Source: a virus. From it: DNA of 64,000 nt. Positions 36,586-47,873 of the stretch are shown here, piece after piece; position 1 is the first letter of the stretch, and every line of letters starts with the position of its first letter. A model generated the notes under the pieces. The model had not been told where the DNA came from, searched no databases, and was given only the letters and a program-made list of their open reading frames with translations. The position numbers and the translations under genes are program-made. The stretch is taken from IMG/VR virus record IMGVR_UViG_3300020530_000006, one strand, 5' to 3'.

Positions 36586-36776
36586 AAGATGATTTAGATA
36601 GAGAAAACAGAAAAATAAATAATAAAAGTTCTAATAAGAAATTTAAAAAATTTATTTCTGATGATCAAAAACTTGCCAATAAAGCCAAAAAGGCTTTTAA
36701 AAATCGTGTACAAGAAATCAAGGAAGATGAACTTTTAGACGACATGGAATACTACGATAAATATAGTGATATATGA
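36582..36776 (+). CDS. Hypothetical protein
   Basis: Tiled ORF. Confidence 0.55.
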   Translation: MKDDLDRENRKINNKSSNKKFKKFISDDQKLANKAKKAFKNRVQEIKEDELLDDMEYYDKYSDI

Positions 36777-37015
36777 AATATGTAGAAGAATTATTAGCTG
36801 GTAATTGTTTTATCTACAATAATAATTATTATTTAATAACAGTTAATTTTAAATCTAATAATCAAAGACTTTGTTATAATTTAGATTCAGGATTCCCTCA
36901 CTGGATATCAGGAGAAACAATAGTTGATGATATACAAATATATACTATGGATGAAAAAAATACCATAATTCCAATCAAAGAAAATAAAAAGGAACACAAG
37001 AATGTATCTTCTTAA
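36773..37015 (+). CDS. Hypothetical protein
   Basis: Tiled ORF. Confidence 0.55.
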   Translation: MKYVEELLAGNCFIYNNNYYLITVNFKSNNQRLCYNLDSGFPHWISGETIVDDIQIYTMDEKNTIIPIKENKKEHKNVSS

Positions 37016-37238
37016 AATTAAAAATTTTATAAAATCATTAATATGGCATGCCTACTCTGGTTTTCCTAAAAGTAGTCAAGAACTAATTAATTATAGATAT
37101 AAAATATGTAATGATTGCGACATGATGAATAAATCAGCGAATCAGTGTCTGGTTTGTGGATGCAACATAAGTAATAAAAAAATCTTTATGAATAAATTAG
37201 CCTGGAAGGATCAGGCTTGTCCAAAAAATAAATGGTAA
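37002..37238 (+). CDS. Cys-rich protein (DUF6171-like)
   Basis: R..ICNDC..CLVCGC..K..CPKNKW. Confidence 0.65.
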   Translation: MYLLKIKNFIKSLIWHAYSGFPKSSQELINYRYKICNDCDMMNKSANQCLVCGCNISNKKIFMNKLAWKDQACPKNKW

Positions 37239-37239
37239 A

Positions 37240-37941
37240 ATGCAATACTACTATATTAATCTAGACAGAAGAAAAGAAAGGAATAAACACTTTTTATCAG
37301 AAATTAAAAAATCTAAGATTATATCAAGTCGTATAAAAAGATTTAGTGCGGTAGATGGATTTCAATTAGATATTAAAAATATATCAAATAATATTCTAAC
37401 AGAAAAAAGTAAATCAGAATTATTAGATAAAAATAAAACATTCGGCATCTCTTTAACTTATGGCGCTGTTGGATGTGCTTTGTCTCATTACGAACTATAC
37501 AAAAAATGTATTGATACTAATGAAGATTTTTTGATTCTGGAAGACGATGTTACTATAGATCCAATAATAGATAAATATTTAGAAGATTATATAGACTATT
37601 TTAAATATGATCTTCTTTATTTTGGTTTTCACAGACATTCTCATACAGAATTAAAGAAAGTACATCCCTTGATCAACAGGATTACTGGCAATGTATGGGG
37701 TACATTTGCTTATGTTGTTACTCCAAATTTTTGTAAATATTGCATAGAAAAAATCTTCCCTATTTCAATACAGTTTGATAGTGAAATTAGTAAACATATA
37801 AATCAGAAAAAAATTATAGCTATGGCATTTAATACTAATGTTATACAAGCAAGACATTTAGGAACAGATATACAAGGTGGAGATGGAATGAAATTAATTG
37901 AAAATATTGAACAAGACCCTTGGACAATGGTGTTTGGATGA
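37240..37941 (+). CDS. Glycosyltransferase family 25
   Basis: INLDRRKER, FSAVDG, GCALSH, LILEDD. Confidence 0.88.
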   Translation: MQYYYINLDRRKERNKHFLSEIKKSKIISSRIKRFSAVDGFQLDIKNISNNILTEKSKSELLDKNKTFGISLTYGAVGCALSHYELYKKCIDTNEDFLILEDDVTIDPIIDKYLEDYIDYFKYDLLYFGFHRHSHTELKKVHPLINRITGNVWGTFAYVVTPNFCKYCIEKIFPISIQFDSEISKHINQKKIIAMAFNTNVIQARHLGTDIQGGDGMKLIENIEQDPWTMVFG

Positions 37942-38735
37942 CAGATGAATTTGACTCTTTATTTTCTAAGTCACTAGAAATACCAAAACAAGAAGTAAAA
38001 GAAGAGGTAAAAGAACAAATAAAATGCAAGTGTAATAGAAATACATTTACTGGCATTGTTAGCCAAAGAAGATCATTCTCAGAGTGTTCTAATTTTCAAC
38101 CATTTTATCACATAGCAGCAATGAATAATTGGAAAGAAGTAGTCAAAGAACAAAAAGATATTTGTGATCAATTAAATTTAAAACCTATTTGTGGAATCTT
38201 AGGATCTAATAAAGATGCCGAGTGGACAAGATCAATAGGCTTAAATATACAATATCATAGTAAAAATATTCATGAATATGAAACACCAACTTTAAAAATG
38301 TTATATGATTGGTCAAAGAACAATCCAGATGGTAGAGTTTTATATTTTCACACAAAAGGAGTGTCAGCACCAGAGATTATTGGTAAAAAATATTGGAGAT
38401 GGATTATGAATGAACAAATATTAATAAACTATAAAGATAATTTAAAAAGATTAGACATAGCAGATATACTTGGTATCAGTTGGATGCGCAGTAATTTTGC
38501 TCATTTTGCTGGTAATTTCTGGATGGCTAGATGTGATTGGATAAATATCTTAAAAGATCCTATTGATCATCAAAAAATTAATGGACCAATTGTTGCTGGT
38601 AATCCATGGAAAAGAATGAGCGCTGAATTATGGTTGGGGAGTAAACCTTATCATATAGCAGATTCATTGTGTGGAGAAAATTTGTGTATGTATTGCGAAG
38701 ATTTAGATTTATACGACAAATATAGGAATATTTAG
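37938..38735 (+). CDS. Putative glycosyltransferase-like protein
   Basis: VLYFHTKG..HFAGNFW; sits in the GT island. Confidence 0.55.
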   Translation: MTDEFDSLFSKSLEIPKQEVKEEVKEQIKCKCNRNTFTGIVSQRRSFSECSNFQPFYHIAAMNNWKEVVKEQKDICDQLNLKPICGILGSNKDAEWTRSIGLNIQYHSKNIHEYETPTLKMLYDWSKNNPDGRVLYFHTKGVSAPEIIGKKYWRWIMNEQILINYKDNLKRLDIADILGISWMRSNFAHFAGNFWMARCDWINILKDPIDHQKINGPIVAGNPWKRMSAELWLGSKPYHIADSLCGENLCMYCEDLDLYDKYRNI

Positions 38736-38736
38736 A

Positions 38737-39372
38737 ATGAAAATCTATACCGTCCATTCAGATTCTCATAATGAATTGTATGATAAATTCTTTCTACCAA
38801 CATTGCCAAAAGACGTAGAACTTAATAGTTATTTTATTCCTCAAGAATGTAAAACCGCAAATTTTAAAGAAAATGGATGGAAACAAACCTGTTACAAAAA
38901 AACAGAAATTTTTTTAAGAGCGTGTGAAGAAAACAGAAATAGTCTTTTTCTTTTTGCTGATGTTGATATACAGTTCTTTAGTCCAAAAATAGTTGATATT
39001 CTTCTGGAAGAATTACAAGATTATGACATAGCCTGTCAGTATGACACCGGTTATTTACCATATTGTTCTGGATTTTTTATTTCCAGAGTTAATGATAGAA
39101 CTATAAATTTATTCAACACAATAAATAAAGAATATATAGAAGAAGATCAAACCTCATTAAATATACATATAAATAAATGTAAAGCTAAATTTTTATCAAA
39201 TAAATTTTATACAGTAGCACAAAGTATCGGTATGGTATGGAATGGTCAAGATTTTAATATTCCTGCCGATATAATTATGCACCATGCTAATTGGATTGTT
39301 GGTGTTCAAAATAAAATCAAACTACTAAATTTAGTCAAAGACAAATATGAATCATTACCAAAAATATCTTAA
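38737..39372 (+). CDS. Nucleotide-diphospho-sugar transferase (GT77-like)
   Basis: DVD, CSGFF, DQ..LN, HHANW..K. Confidence 0.8.
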   Translation: MKIYTVHSDSHNELYDKFFLPTLPKDVELNSYFIPQECKTANFKENGWKQTCYKKTEIFLRACEENRNSLFLFADVDIQFFSPKIVDILLEELQDYDIACQYDTGYLPYCSGFFISRVNDRTINLFNTINKEYIEEDQTSLNIHINKCKAKFLSNKFYTVAQSIGMVWNGQDFNIPADIIMHHANWIVGVQNKIKLLNLVKDKYESLPKIS

Positions 39373-40234
39373 TGATTTTTTTTCTGAGTTCAGACCAGAA
39401 CCAAATTATCCGACATATCCACCGTATCATACTGGTCTTTATTTAGAAGACTATTTTTATAAAGAATACAATAAAGAAAATATTGAACATATATTCTATA
39501 TTCCTGTTTCTTGGACAACAACTTATATTCAGAACCAGGACAATAACTTACAAGAAAAACTAAATAGTCTCGAAAAAGATAAGAAATATTTTACTGTTTG
39601 CCAACACGACGATGCTCCAAAAGAAAATTTACCATATGACTGTTTGATATTTGCTGCCGGTGGAAATATTATAAAACAGAACACAATACCTATTCCGCTT
39701 ATATGTTCGAATATACCGTCAAATTTGATTGTATCCAACGAACCCAAAAAATATTTAGCCTCTTTTGTTGGGTCTATCACCCATCAATTGAGATATGAAA
39801 TCTATAATAAATATGCAAATAATGAAAAATTTCTAGTAAAAGCAAAACAATGGACGCCTACCGTTACAGATAATAACCTTGCTGATTTTATTAAAATTAC
39901 TCAGCAGAGTTATTTTACCTTTTGTCCTCGTGGATATGGTCTTAATTCTTTTAGATTATATGAGTCTTTTCAATTAGGGTCTGTTCCAATTATCGTAACA
40001 GATAAACCATTTTTACCAATGTCAGAATTATTTGATTGGAATAGTGCTGCGATTATAATAAATATGTCTGGTCTTGATAATCTTGAAAAGTCATTAATAG
40101 ATATAATAAATACCAATTATAATAGCTATATAACTTATGGCAAAAAAATCTATAATCAATATTTTACATTAAATAAATTATATAAGTATATCATGGAGAA
40201 AATTTGTGAAAAAAATACTACTACAAGTAGCTAA
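39347..40234 (+). CDS. Exostosin-family glycosyltransferase (GT47)
   Basis: FCPRGYG..SFRLYES..GSVPII. Confidence 0.85.
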   Translation: MNHYQKYLNDFFSEFRPEPNYPTYPPYHTGLYLEDYFYKEYNKENIEHIFYIPVSWTTTYIQNQDNNLQEKLNSLEKDKKYFTVCQHDDAPKENLPYDCLIFAAGGNIIKQNTIPIPLICSNIPSNLIVSNEPKKYLASFVGSITHQLRYEIYNKYANNEKFLVKAKQWTPTVTDNNLADFIKITQQSYFTFCPRGYGLNSFRLYESFQLGSVPIIVTDKPFLPMSELFDWNSAAIIINMSGLDNLEKSLIDIINTNYNSYITYGKKIYNQYFTLNKLYKYIMEKICEKNTTTSS

Positions 40235-40928
40235 CTATCAAGACTATAGACAAGACTATTTTCTAAAATTTCAAGAAAAAACCAAAAATTTTGCATTAAG
40301 ACATAACTATATCTACCATCATTTTGATACCAAAATTGGAGACAGAAACTATAGTTGGCAAAAAATTGTAAGAGCAAATGAATTATTGCAAGATAAGTAT
40401 ATCAATGATGACGATATCATCTTCTGCCTAGATGCTGACGCTTGCATATTTGATATGTCAGACGATTTTCCTTGTATAAATAATTTTAATTATGCAATAG
40501 ATAATGGAAATACTCATTGTATGGGTATTTGGTCTATGAGAATTAACGATTGGACTAGAAAATTATTGGAAAATTTTTTAGATCAAAACCTATATGATAA
40601 GTATAAAAATACAGAATTATGGCAAACTTGGTCGGAGCAAGGATGTTGGTATACATTAACGGGTCTACCAAGGCATAGTTGGTTAAGTTATAAAAATTTA
40701 GAAAATTATGGCTGGAATTCTGTGATTAACGACGATATGCTATACGGCATACAACAACTAAATAATAATGTTTGTATACTAGATACAAAATGGAATACAA
40801 CAATTCTTGAAGAAGATTATAATACAATAGATTCAAATATTCAACAGTATAACATAGTGAAAACTAAAAAAGAAGACACAAAAATTAGACATTTTGGTGG
40901 ACAAAAGTGGCGATTAGATTATTTATGA
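40206..40928 (+). CDS. GT-A glycosyltransferase (GT34-like)
   Basis: SWQKI, LDADA, EQG. Confidence 0.65.
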   Translation: MKKILLQVANYQDYRQDYFLKFQEKTKNFALRHNYIYHHFDTKIGDRNYSWQKIVRANELLQDKYINDDDIIFCLDADACIFDMSDDFPCINNFNYAIDNGNTHCMGIWSMRINDWTRKLLENFLDQNLYDKYKNTELWQTWSEQGCWYTLTGLPRHSWLSYKNLENYGWNSVINDDMLYGIQQLNNNVCILDTKWNTTILEEDYNTIDSNIQQYNIVKTKKEDTKIRHFGGQKWRLDYL

Positions 40929-41572
40929 ACAATACCATAGACCATATCTATATATGCCATTACTCCAAGTTAGTTGAAAGAAGACCATTTATACAGAATC
41001 AACTTGATAAATTTCGACTATCTGAAGATCTATATACATTTATAGAAAATTATGATAAAAATATTCTAGACATAGAAGAAATTAAAAAAGAATATCCTCT
41101 AATTTTTAATTTAACTAAAAGAGATAGAAGATATTTAAGATTATCTGAGATATCTTTGGCTCTCAAACATTGTCATATTATAAAAGATGCAATAAATAAA
41201 AACTATAACACAATCTTAATTCTAGAAGATGATGCTATACTAGATAATAATTTTTTTGATAAATATGTAGAATATGCCAAAGAATTACCAGAAAATTGGG
41301 ATATATTTTGGTTAGGAGGTTGTTGTGGATTACGGAGTAATAATATTTTACAAGATAAACATGTTTATCAAGTATCCGCATCACGTTGTTGTCATTGTTA
41401 TGCTATAAAAAAATCTGGTCTACAAATACTTAAAAATACTATTAACGATATTGATGAAGCTATTGATTGGTATTTTAATGATATAATACTTAAGCTTAAC
41501 TTAAATTCTTACTGGTGTGAACCACCAATATGTGAACAAAATTCATTGTTTGAAAGCACAGTACAATTATGA
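40925..41572 (+). CDS. Glycosyltransferase family 25-like
   Basis: SLALKH, LILEDDA, WDIFWLG. Confidence 0.8.
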   Translation: MNNTIDHIYICHYSKLVERRPFIQNQLDKFRLSEDLYTFIENYDKNILDIEEIKKEYPLIFNLTKRDRRYLRLSEISLALKHCHIIKDAINKNYNTILILEDDAILDNNFFDKYVEYAKELPENWDIFWLGGCCGLRSNNILQDKHVYQVSASRCCHCYAIKKSGLQILKNTINDIDEAIDWYFNDIILKLNLNSYWCEPPICEQNSLFESTVQL

Positions 41573-42420
41573 ATATTTCTTTTTCTGATTTTTGGGATGG
41601 CTTCGATCCTAACAATAATTTTTTTCGAGATCTCATTTTATCTATTGATAATTCATATAGTTTTATCCCATTCTCTAACGATACCGATATTTTAATCTAT
41701 TCTTGTTTTGGTAAGTTACATAGTAACGCTAATACAAGAGTGAAAAAAATATTTTATACTGGAGAAAATTTACGACCCAACTATAATGATTGTCAATATA
41801 GTTTAACTTTCGATTTTGACTCATACAATGGTAAAAATATCAGATTGCCATTATGGATATTACAGATTGACTGGTTCAGTAAAACAAACTATACTAATCC
41901 ACAATATGTTATTCCACTAGAATATATTAAGACCAATCCATTAACAAGAAAAAATAAAGATAAATTTTGTTGTATCGTGTTTAATAGTAGATCACCACAT
42001 AGATGGGAAATAATAGAAAAACTTGGAAAATATAAAAAAGTCGATTGCTACGGAAAACCCTTTGGAAATTGGTTTTATGGAGAAGACAACAAATTAAAAA
42101 CTATATCAGATTATAAATTTAACATATGTTTTGAAAACTCTATATCTCCAGGATACTATACTGAAAAAATGATTCACGCAAAAACTGCTGGATGTCTACC
42201 TCTATATTGGGCAGATAATAATTGCCATAAAGACTTTAATCCTAGATCGTTTTTAAATCTTTATGATTTTGGTAGTTTAGATGATTTTATTGAAAAAATT
42301 ATTTATTTAGATCAAAATGATTCTGAATATAAGAGAATCACATCCGAATATTTATTTGCAAACAAAGAGCCGACCCTCGATAATCTCAAAATACAACTTA
42401 GAAATATTTTATGTCAATAA
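41569..42420 (+). CDS. Alpha-1,3-fucosyltransferase-like (GT10)
   Basis: YKFNICFENS..GYYTEK..PLYW. Confidence 0.88.
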   Translation: MNISFSDFWDGFDPNNNFFRDLILSIDNSYSFIPFSNDTDILIYSCFGKLHSNANTRVKKIFYTGENLRPNYNDCQYSLTFDFDSYNGKNIRLPLWILQIDWFSKTNYTNPQYVIPLEYIKTNPLTRKNKDKFCCIVFNSRSPHRWEIIEKLGKYKKVDCYGKPFGNWFYGEDNKLKTISDYKFNICFENSISPGYYTEKMIHAKTAGCLPLYWADNNCHKDFNPRSFLNLYDFGSLDDFIEKIIYLDQNDSEYKRITSEYLFANKEPTLDNLKIQLRNILCQ

Positions 42421-42977
42421 CAAAAATAAAACATATTCCTGGCCAGTATCCGGACGGAGATGCCTTCAAATATAACTATATTAAATCTGTAAGAGATAAA
42501 TTTAATTGTAATTGTTTTGTAGAATTTGGTACACACAAAGGAGATTCTGTTATATTTTTATATGATTATTTTGATAAAATTATTACAATAGAACCAGTAA
42601 AAAAGTATTATGAAATATCTAAAGCTAAATTTTTGAATATAGATGTATCTAAGAAGATAGAAATTTTAAATATAAAATCTATAAACTTTATCGAACAATC
42701 ATTATCAAAAATAACCAACTTTAAAACATTGTTCTGGATAGACTCTCATATACAACCGCCATATACAGAAAATGCCTCGAACGATTTATATAAAGAAATT
42801 TTACTTATATATAGTTTAATGGAAAAAAATCAATATATTTTACTCATTGACGACTATAGGCTTTGGTCAAATTTTTGTAATAAAAATTCTTTAATAGATT
42901 TATTAGAAAAAAAATCTATCGAATTAATAGAAAGTTCAGATATGGTAATTTCAGTTCCATCAAACTATATATACTAG
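42411..42977 (+). CDS. SAM-dependent methyltransferase-like
   Basis: FVEFGTHKG, FWIDSH, IDD. Confidence 0.65.
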   Translation: MSITKIKHIPGQYPDGDAFKYNYIKSVRDKFNCNCFVEFGTHKGDSVIFLYDYFDKIITIEPVKKYYEISKAKFLNIDVSKKIEILNIKSINFIEQSLSKITNFKTLFWIDSHIQPPYTENASNDLYKEILLIYSLMEKNQYILLIDDYRLWSNFCNKNSLIDLLEKKSIELIESSDMVISVPSNYIY

Positions 42978-42978
42978 T

Positions 42979-44046
42979 ATGAAAATAGCATTTTGTAAAT
43001 TTGCCGGAATGGGTAATGGAGGAATAGAGAAGTATTTACAAACAATAGCCTTAATATATCACAAAGAACACAATGTAGATTATTACTACACAAATGCAGC
43101 CCCATTTCCTTGTCAATCTTGGCAGCACCCCGACAATGATGAACAACGAATTAAATTATTTGAAGACAACGGTATCAATCTTATAAAGATACAGGTTGGA
43201 TATAGAATTAAAAATGATTGGTATAATACAAATTTTACCGACCTGTTTGATGAAAATAAATACGATTATTTAATTACTGCGGGGAATGGAGAGACAGAAT
43301 ATCCATATAAAACACTTAAAAAAATACCTATCATACATACTGTTCATGGCGATCATGTTTTTGATCAATCTAATGTTAAGTATTATGTTTTATTATGTGA
43401 TTGGCAAGCAAAAAGATGGATTCAAAATGGTGGCGATGCGTCACGACTTATAATTGTTCCTCCCGTCGTTTATGTTCCAAAATTATGGAATAAAAATTTT
43501 AGAGAAACAATAGGAATTCCAAATGATGCTTTTGTATATGGATTACATCAAAGAGGAGATAATTCTATAAGTTCAACAATCAGTCTAGAAGCATTTAGCC
43601 AGATACAATCTCCTAAAACTTATTATGTGATAATGGGTGGTGGAGAAGCACACAGAAATTATGTCAGAGACAATAATATTAAAAATGTGATCTTTATTGA
43701 TCAGTCATCTTGTATTTATACCATACATTCATTTCTGGATTCAATAGATGTTTATGCTCATTGTAGATTAGATGGAGAGGTTTGTTCCGCTTCTATAATA
43801 GAGGCAATGTCTCATAATACTCCAATAATATCTTATCCAGGAATAAATATGGGACACGAAGAACAATTACATGGATGTGGAAAGATGGCTTTTTCTGTGG
43901 AAGAGTATAAAAATGAAATGATTGCCTTACAGGACTCCAATTACTATAATAGTATGTCTCAAAAAATAAACGAAAAGTATAATAGTGTTTACAATTACCA
44001 AATAGTCGAAGCAAAAATAAAAAATTTAATCAATGGCAACAATTAA
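42979..44046 (+). CDS. Glycosyltransferase family 4
   Basis: GGIE..GEVCSASIIEAM. Confidence 0.8.
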   Translation: MKIAFCKFAGMGNGGIEKYLQTIALIYHKEHNVDYYYTNAAPFPCQSWQHPDNDEQRIKLFEDNGINLIKIQVGYRIKNDWYNTNFTDLFDENKYDYLITAGNGETEYPYKTLKKIPIIHTVHGDHVFDQSNVKYYVLLCDWQAKRWIQNGGDASRLIIVPPVVYVPKLWNKNFRETIGIPNDAFVYGLHQRGDNSISSTISLEAFSQIQSPKTYYVIMGGGEAHRNYVRDNNIKNVIFIDQSSCIYTIHSFLDSIDVYAHCRLDGEVCSASIIEAMSHNTPIISYPGINMGHEEQLHGCGKMAFSVEEYKNEMIALQDSNYYNSMSQKINEKYNSVYNYQIVEAKIKNLINGNN

Positions 44047-44593
44047 CCAATATTTAGACGACATAAAGTTTATTTGTGATTCTCTCGATAAAACACAAAT
44101 ACAGAAATTTATAGATACTATAAAAAATATCTCACCAAAAGGCAGACTATTTATTGTTGGTGTTGGCGGTAGTGCCGCTAACGCCTCTCATGCTGTCAAT
44201 GATTTTCGAAAAATTTTGAGTATAGAAACATATACTCCAACAGACAATGTTTCTGAATTAACAGCAAGAATTAATGATGAGTCCTGGGAAGATGCCTATA
44301 AAAACTGGCTTAAGATTAGTAAACTCTGTAAAGAAGATATTTTAATTATTCTTTCTGTTGGTGGTGGCTCTATAAAAACTTCCTATAATTTAGTCAAGTC
44401 TATACAATACGCCTGGGAACAAGGATGCAAAATTTTATCAATAGTCAGTAGAGACGGCGGATACTCTCTTCCAAACTCTCATGCCTGCATAAAAATACCA
44501 TGTATTGATGATGATACGATAACCCCTCACGCAGAAGAATGGCAGGGAATCATTCTTCATATGGTAGTACATATTTTAAGTCAAACAAAATGA
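44033..44593 (+). CDS. gmhA: Sedoheptulose-7-phosphate isomerase (SIS domain)
   Basis: GVGGSAANASHAVND, TARIND, EEWQ..H. Confidence 0.8.
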   Translation: MATINQYLDDIKFICDSLDKTQIQKFIDTIKNISPKGRLFIVGVGGSAANASHAVNDFRKILSIETYTPTDNVSELTARINDESWEDAYKNWLKISKLCKEDILIILSVGGGSIKTSYNLVKSIQYAWEQGCKILSIVSRDGGYSLPNSHACIKIPCIDDDTITPHAEEWQGIILHMVVHILSQTK

Positions 44594-45285
44594 AAATATC
44601 TATATATTATGATGGTTCAAATGAACTAGAAATATTAAGTTATAACAACACTAATATAATTTCTGGTTTTACTACAAATCCATCTCTTATGAGACAAGCA
44701 GGGGTCGTAGAATATTCGGAATTCATACAATCTGTTACAAAATATGTCAAAGATAAGCCAATATCTTTTGAGGTTTGCGCAGACGATATAGATGAAATGT
44801 ATAGGCAGGCAAAAATTATTGCGTCGTATGGTAAAAATATATATGTAAAAATTCCTGTTGTAAATACAAAAAATCAATCTACCAAAAATTTGATTAAAAA
44901 ATTATTAGATGACAATATTATGATAAATATAACTGCTGTTATGACACAAAATCAAATAGAATCTTTATTACCTTATATACAAAATACAACTAATGTTATT
45001 GTTTCCATTTTTGCTGGCAGAATGTGCGATACTGGCTATCATCCGAAAAGCATAACTAAGTTTGCTAAAGAAAATTTACCACAAAATGCTAAAATTTTAT
45101 GGGCAAGCACAAGAGAAGTATACAATATCTATGAAGCAAGTGAGCTTGGTTATGATATAATAACGGTCACAGAACCTATACTTAAAAAATTTATGACTTT
45201 ACAAAATAAAAATCTTGACGAATTTTCATTGGAAACTGTAAAAATGTTCTATAACGACGCTATTGCGTCTAACTATACTTTATGA
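44590..45285 (+). CDS. tal: Transaldolase (short type)
   Basis: GFTTNPSL, VKIP, NITAV, SIFAGR, LWASTRE. Confidence 0.9.
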   Translation: MKISIYYDGSNELEILSYNNTNIISGFTTNPSLMRQAGVVEYSEFIQSVTKYVKDKPISFEVCADDIDEMYRQAKIIASYGKNIYVKIPVVNTKNQSTKNLIKKLLDDNIMINITAVMTQNQIESLLPYIQNTTNVIVSIFAGRMCDTGYHPKSITKFAKENLPQNAKILWASTREVYNIYEASELGYDIITVTEPILKKFMTLQNKNLDEFSLETVKMFYNDAIASNYTL

Positions 45286-46256
45286 TAATATCTCGCACAC
45301 CACTTAGAGTTACGTTGGCTGGCGGAGGAACAGACCTTCCAGAATTTTATTCACGATTTGGTGGTTCGGTAGTTTCTATGGCCATAGATAAATATATCTA
45401 TATTCATTTTAAAAGAAATATACTAGATAATTTTGTCAGATTAAGGTATTTACAAAATGAAGAAGTTACTAATTCAAATAAATTATCTAATGAAAGAGCA
45501 AGATGTGTATTACAAAAATTTAAAATCTATAATAAATGCGAAATCATAAGTGTCGGAGATCTTCCTTCTAATACGGGACTAGGATCTTCTGGTAGTTATT
45601 TAGTTGGCTTAATTAATGCTATACAAAAATATTCTAATCTAAATATGTCTAAACAAGAGATTGCCGAATTAGCTTGTGATTTAGAAATAAATACTTTGGG
45701 AGAACCAGTCGGCAAACAAGACCAGTATATTGCATCTTATGGACATGTTTATAAATTTGATATAGATACTAGTGGAAATGTGTTCCCATCTAAAGTAAAT
45801 ATTTCAAATATTGATGAATTAATAGAAAATACAAGAATATACTATACCGGTATACAAAGAAGCGCTTCAGAAATTTTACACGATCAAAAAAAAGACCATC
45901 AAAAATTTAATTCTAATTTACAAAAAATACATGATATTGGTCTTGAAATGCTTGACACATTAATAAACAATAATTTTGATGACTATGGGTTTTTATTAAA
46001 TGATTATTGGAGATACAAAAAATCTTTGTCGGCTAGTGTTTCCAATAATGTTGTAGATAGTATATATGATGATCTTATCGAAAGAAAACTAATCTTAGGA
46101 GGAAAGATAATTGGGGCTGGCGGAGGAGGATTTCTGCTCGTATATGCTCCAAAAAATAGACATAAGTTTTTAGATAAACAAATGGAAAGCATAGGATATC
46201 CAAGACTGGATTATGGAATAGATATTTATGGGACAAGTATCGTATATGAACAATAA
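45282..46256 (+). CDS. hddA: GHMP kinase, HddA-like heptose-7-phosphate kinase
   Basis: TPLRV..GGGTD, GLGSSG, GKQDQY, GAGGGG. Confidence 0.85.
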   Translation: MIISRTPLRVTLAGGGTDLPEFYSRFGGSVVSMAIDKYIYIHFKRNILDNFVRLRYLQNEEVTNSNKLSNERARCVLQKFKIYNKCEIISVGDLPSNTGLGSSGSYLVGLINAIQKYSNLNMSKQEIAELACDLEINTLGEPVGKQDQYIASYGHVYKFDIDTSGNVFPSKVNISNIDELIENTRIYYTGIQRSASEILHDQKKDHQKFNSNLQKIHDIGLEMLDTLINNNFDDYGFLLNDYWRYKKSLSASVSNNVVDSIYDDLIERKLILGGKIIGAGGGGFLLVYAPKNRHKFLDKQMESIGYPRLDYGIDIYGTSIVYEQ

Positions 46257-46965
46257 GGTTTATTGTTTTGATTTAGATGGCACATTATGCTCTCTATCAT
46301 CTAAAGATTATTCTACAGCAATACCAATTTTGGAAGCTATAAAAGAAGTTAATAGATTATACGATCTTGGTAACACTATAAAAATTTTTACGGCAAGAGG
46401 AACAACGTCGAAAATAGATTATACGATGTTGACTCAAGAACAACTTAAAACCTGGAAACTAAAATATCATGAATTAATAATGAACACAAAACCATCATTT
46501 GATATTTTCATAGACGATAGAGCTATTAATGCTTATGATTGGAGAAAAAATATCACATCGGTCAAAGGTTTTATTTCTGGTAATTTCGATATTATACATC
46601 CTGGATACATATTACTATTTATGGAAGCAAAACAACATTGTAATCATCTTATTATTGGACTTCATGAAGACCCATCTATAGAAAGACCACATAAGGATAA
46701 ACCAGTACAATCGTTGGAAGAAAGAAAATTAATTTTATCTTCCATCAAATACATAGACGATGTAGTAGTATATAAAACAGAAGAAGATCTTAAAGATATA
46801 TTAATTGATCATAAAATTAATCTTATGGTATTAAGCGACGAGTATAAAAATACTAAATATACAGGACACGATTTAGCTATACCAGTACATTTTCATAAAA
46901 GAGATCATGAATATAGCTCATCCAAACTTAAAAAACAAATAGCGGAGTCTATAAAATGCAAATAA
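46246..46965 (+). CDS. HAD phosphatase fused to HxGH cytidylyltransferase-like domain
   Basis: FDLDGTL..IDDRA; GNFDIIHPGY..EER..YSSS. Confidence 0.8.
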   Translation: MNNKVYCFDLDGTLCSLSSKDYSTAIPILEAIKEVNRLYDLGNTIKIFTARGTTSKIDYTMLTQEQLKTWKLKYHELIMNTKPSFDIFIDDRAINAYDWRKNITSVKGFISGNFDIIHPGYILLFMEAKQHCNHLIIGLHEDPSIERPHKDKPVQSLEERKLILSSIKYIDDVVVYKTEEDLKDILIDHKINLMVLSDEYKNTKYTGHDLAIPVHFHKRDHEYSSSKLKKQIAESIKCK

Positions 46966-47873
46966 AAACAGCGATTGTTACTGGTGGTTGTGGTTTTATT
47001 GGAAGCCATCTTGTTGATAGGCTTGTTTCTATGAATATTGAAACAACTGTAATAGATAATCTATCCGCAACATCAAATGAGAGATTTTACTATAACGATT
47101 TTGCAAAATATCATAATATAGATATTTGTGATCATGACAGTTTAGAGCCAATATTCGAAAGAAATATCGATATTGTTTTTCATCTAGCCGCCGAATCAAG
47201 AATAGGCCCGACAATAATAAATCCAAGCAAAGCCGTAAAAACAAACATTCTTGGAACCCAAAACATTCTAGAGTTGTCAAAAAAATATAATATCAAAAAA
47301 ATAATTTATTCGTCAACATCAGCATATTATGGATTAAAAAATACTCCACCTCTATCAGAAGATATGGAACGAGACTGTTTAAATCCATATACTCTCACCA
47401 AGATAGCCGGTGAAGATTTGTGTGTATTATACAATAATTTTTATGAGTTGCCAACAATATCTCTAAGATATTTTAATGTTTACGGAGACAGATCGCCCAC
47501 TAGCGGACCATATGCTCCGGTTCTAGGGTTGTTTATTGATGCGTTTAATAATAAAAAACCAATGACTATAGTTGGAGATGGATCTCAAAGTAGAGATTTT
47601 ATACACGTAAATGATGTTGTTGAGGCAAATATCTTCGCAGCAATAACAGAAAATAAAAAAACTTTTGGACAAACATTCAATGTTGGTTCTGGAAAAAATT
47701 ATTCGATCATTAGTATTGCCAAAATGATAGGCGGTGACTATAATTTTATTGACCCAAGAGCCGGTGAAGCAAAAGACACACTATCAAACAACGAAAAAAT
47801 ATACAACCTTTTAGGATGGAAGCCTTCTAAAGATATAATAGACTATATTAAGGAAAAAATTAATGTCAATTGA
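46956..47873 (+). CDS. NAD-dependent epimerase/dehydratase
   Basis: GGCGFIGSH, YTLTK, LRYFNVYG, RDFIHV. Confidence 0.92.
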   Translation: MQIKTAIVTGGCGFIGSHLVDRLVSMNIETTVIDNLSATSNERFYYNDFAKYHNIDICDHDSLEPIFERNIDIVFHLAAESRIGPTIINPSKAVKTNILGTQNILELSKKYNIKKIIYSSTSAYYGLKNTPPLSEDMERDCLNPYTLTKIAGEDLCVLYNNFYELPTISLRYFNVYGDRSPTSGPYAPVLGLFIDAFNNKKPMTIVGDGSQSRDFIHVNDVVEANIFAAITENKKTFGQTFNVGSGKNYSIISIAKMIGGDYNFIDPRAGEAKDTLSNNEKIYNLLGWKPSKDIIDYIKEKINVN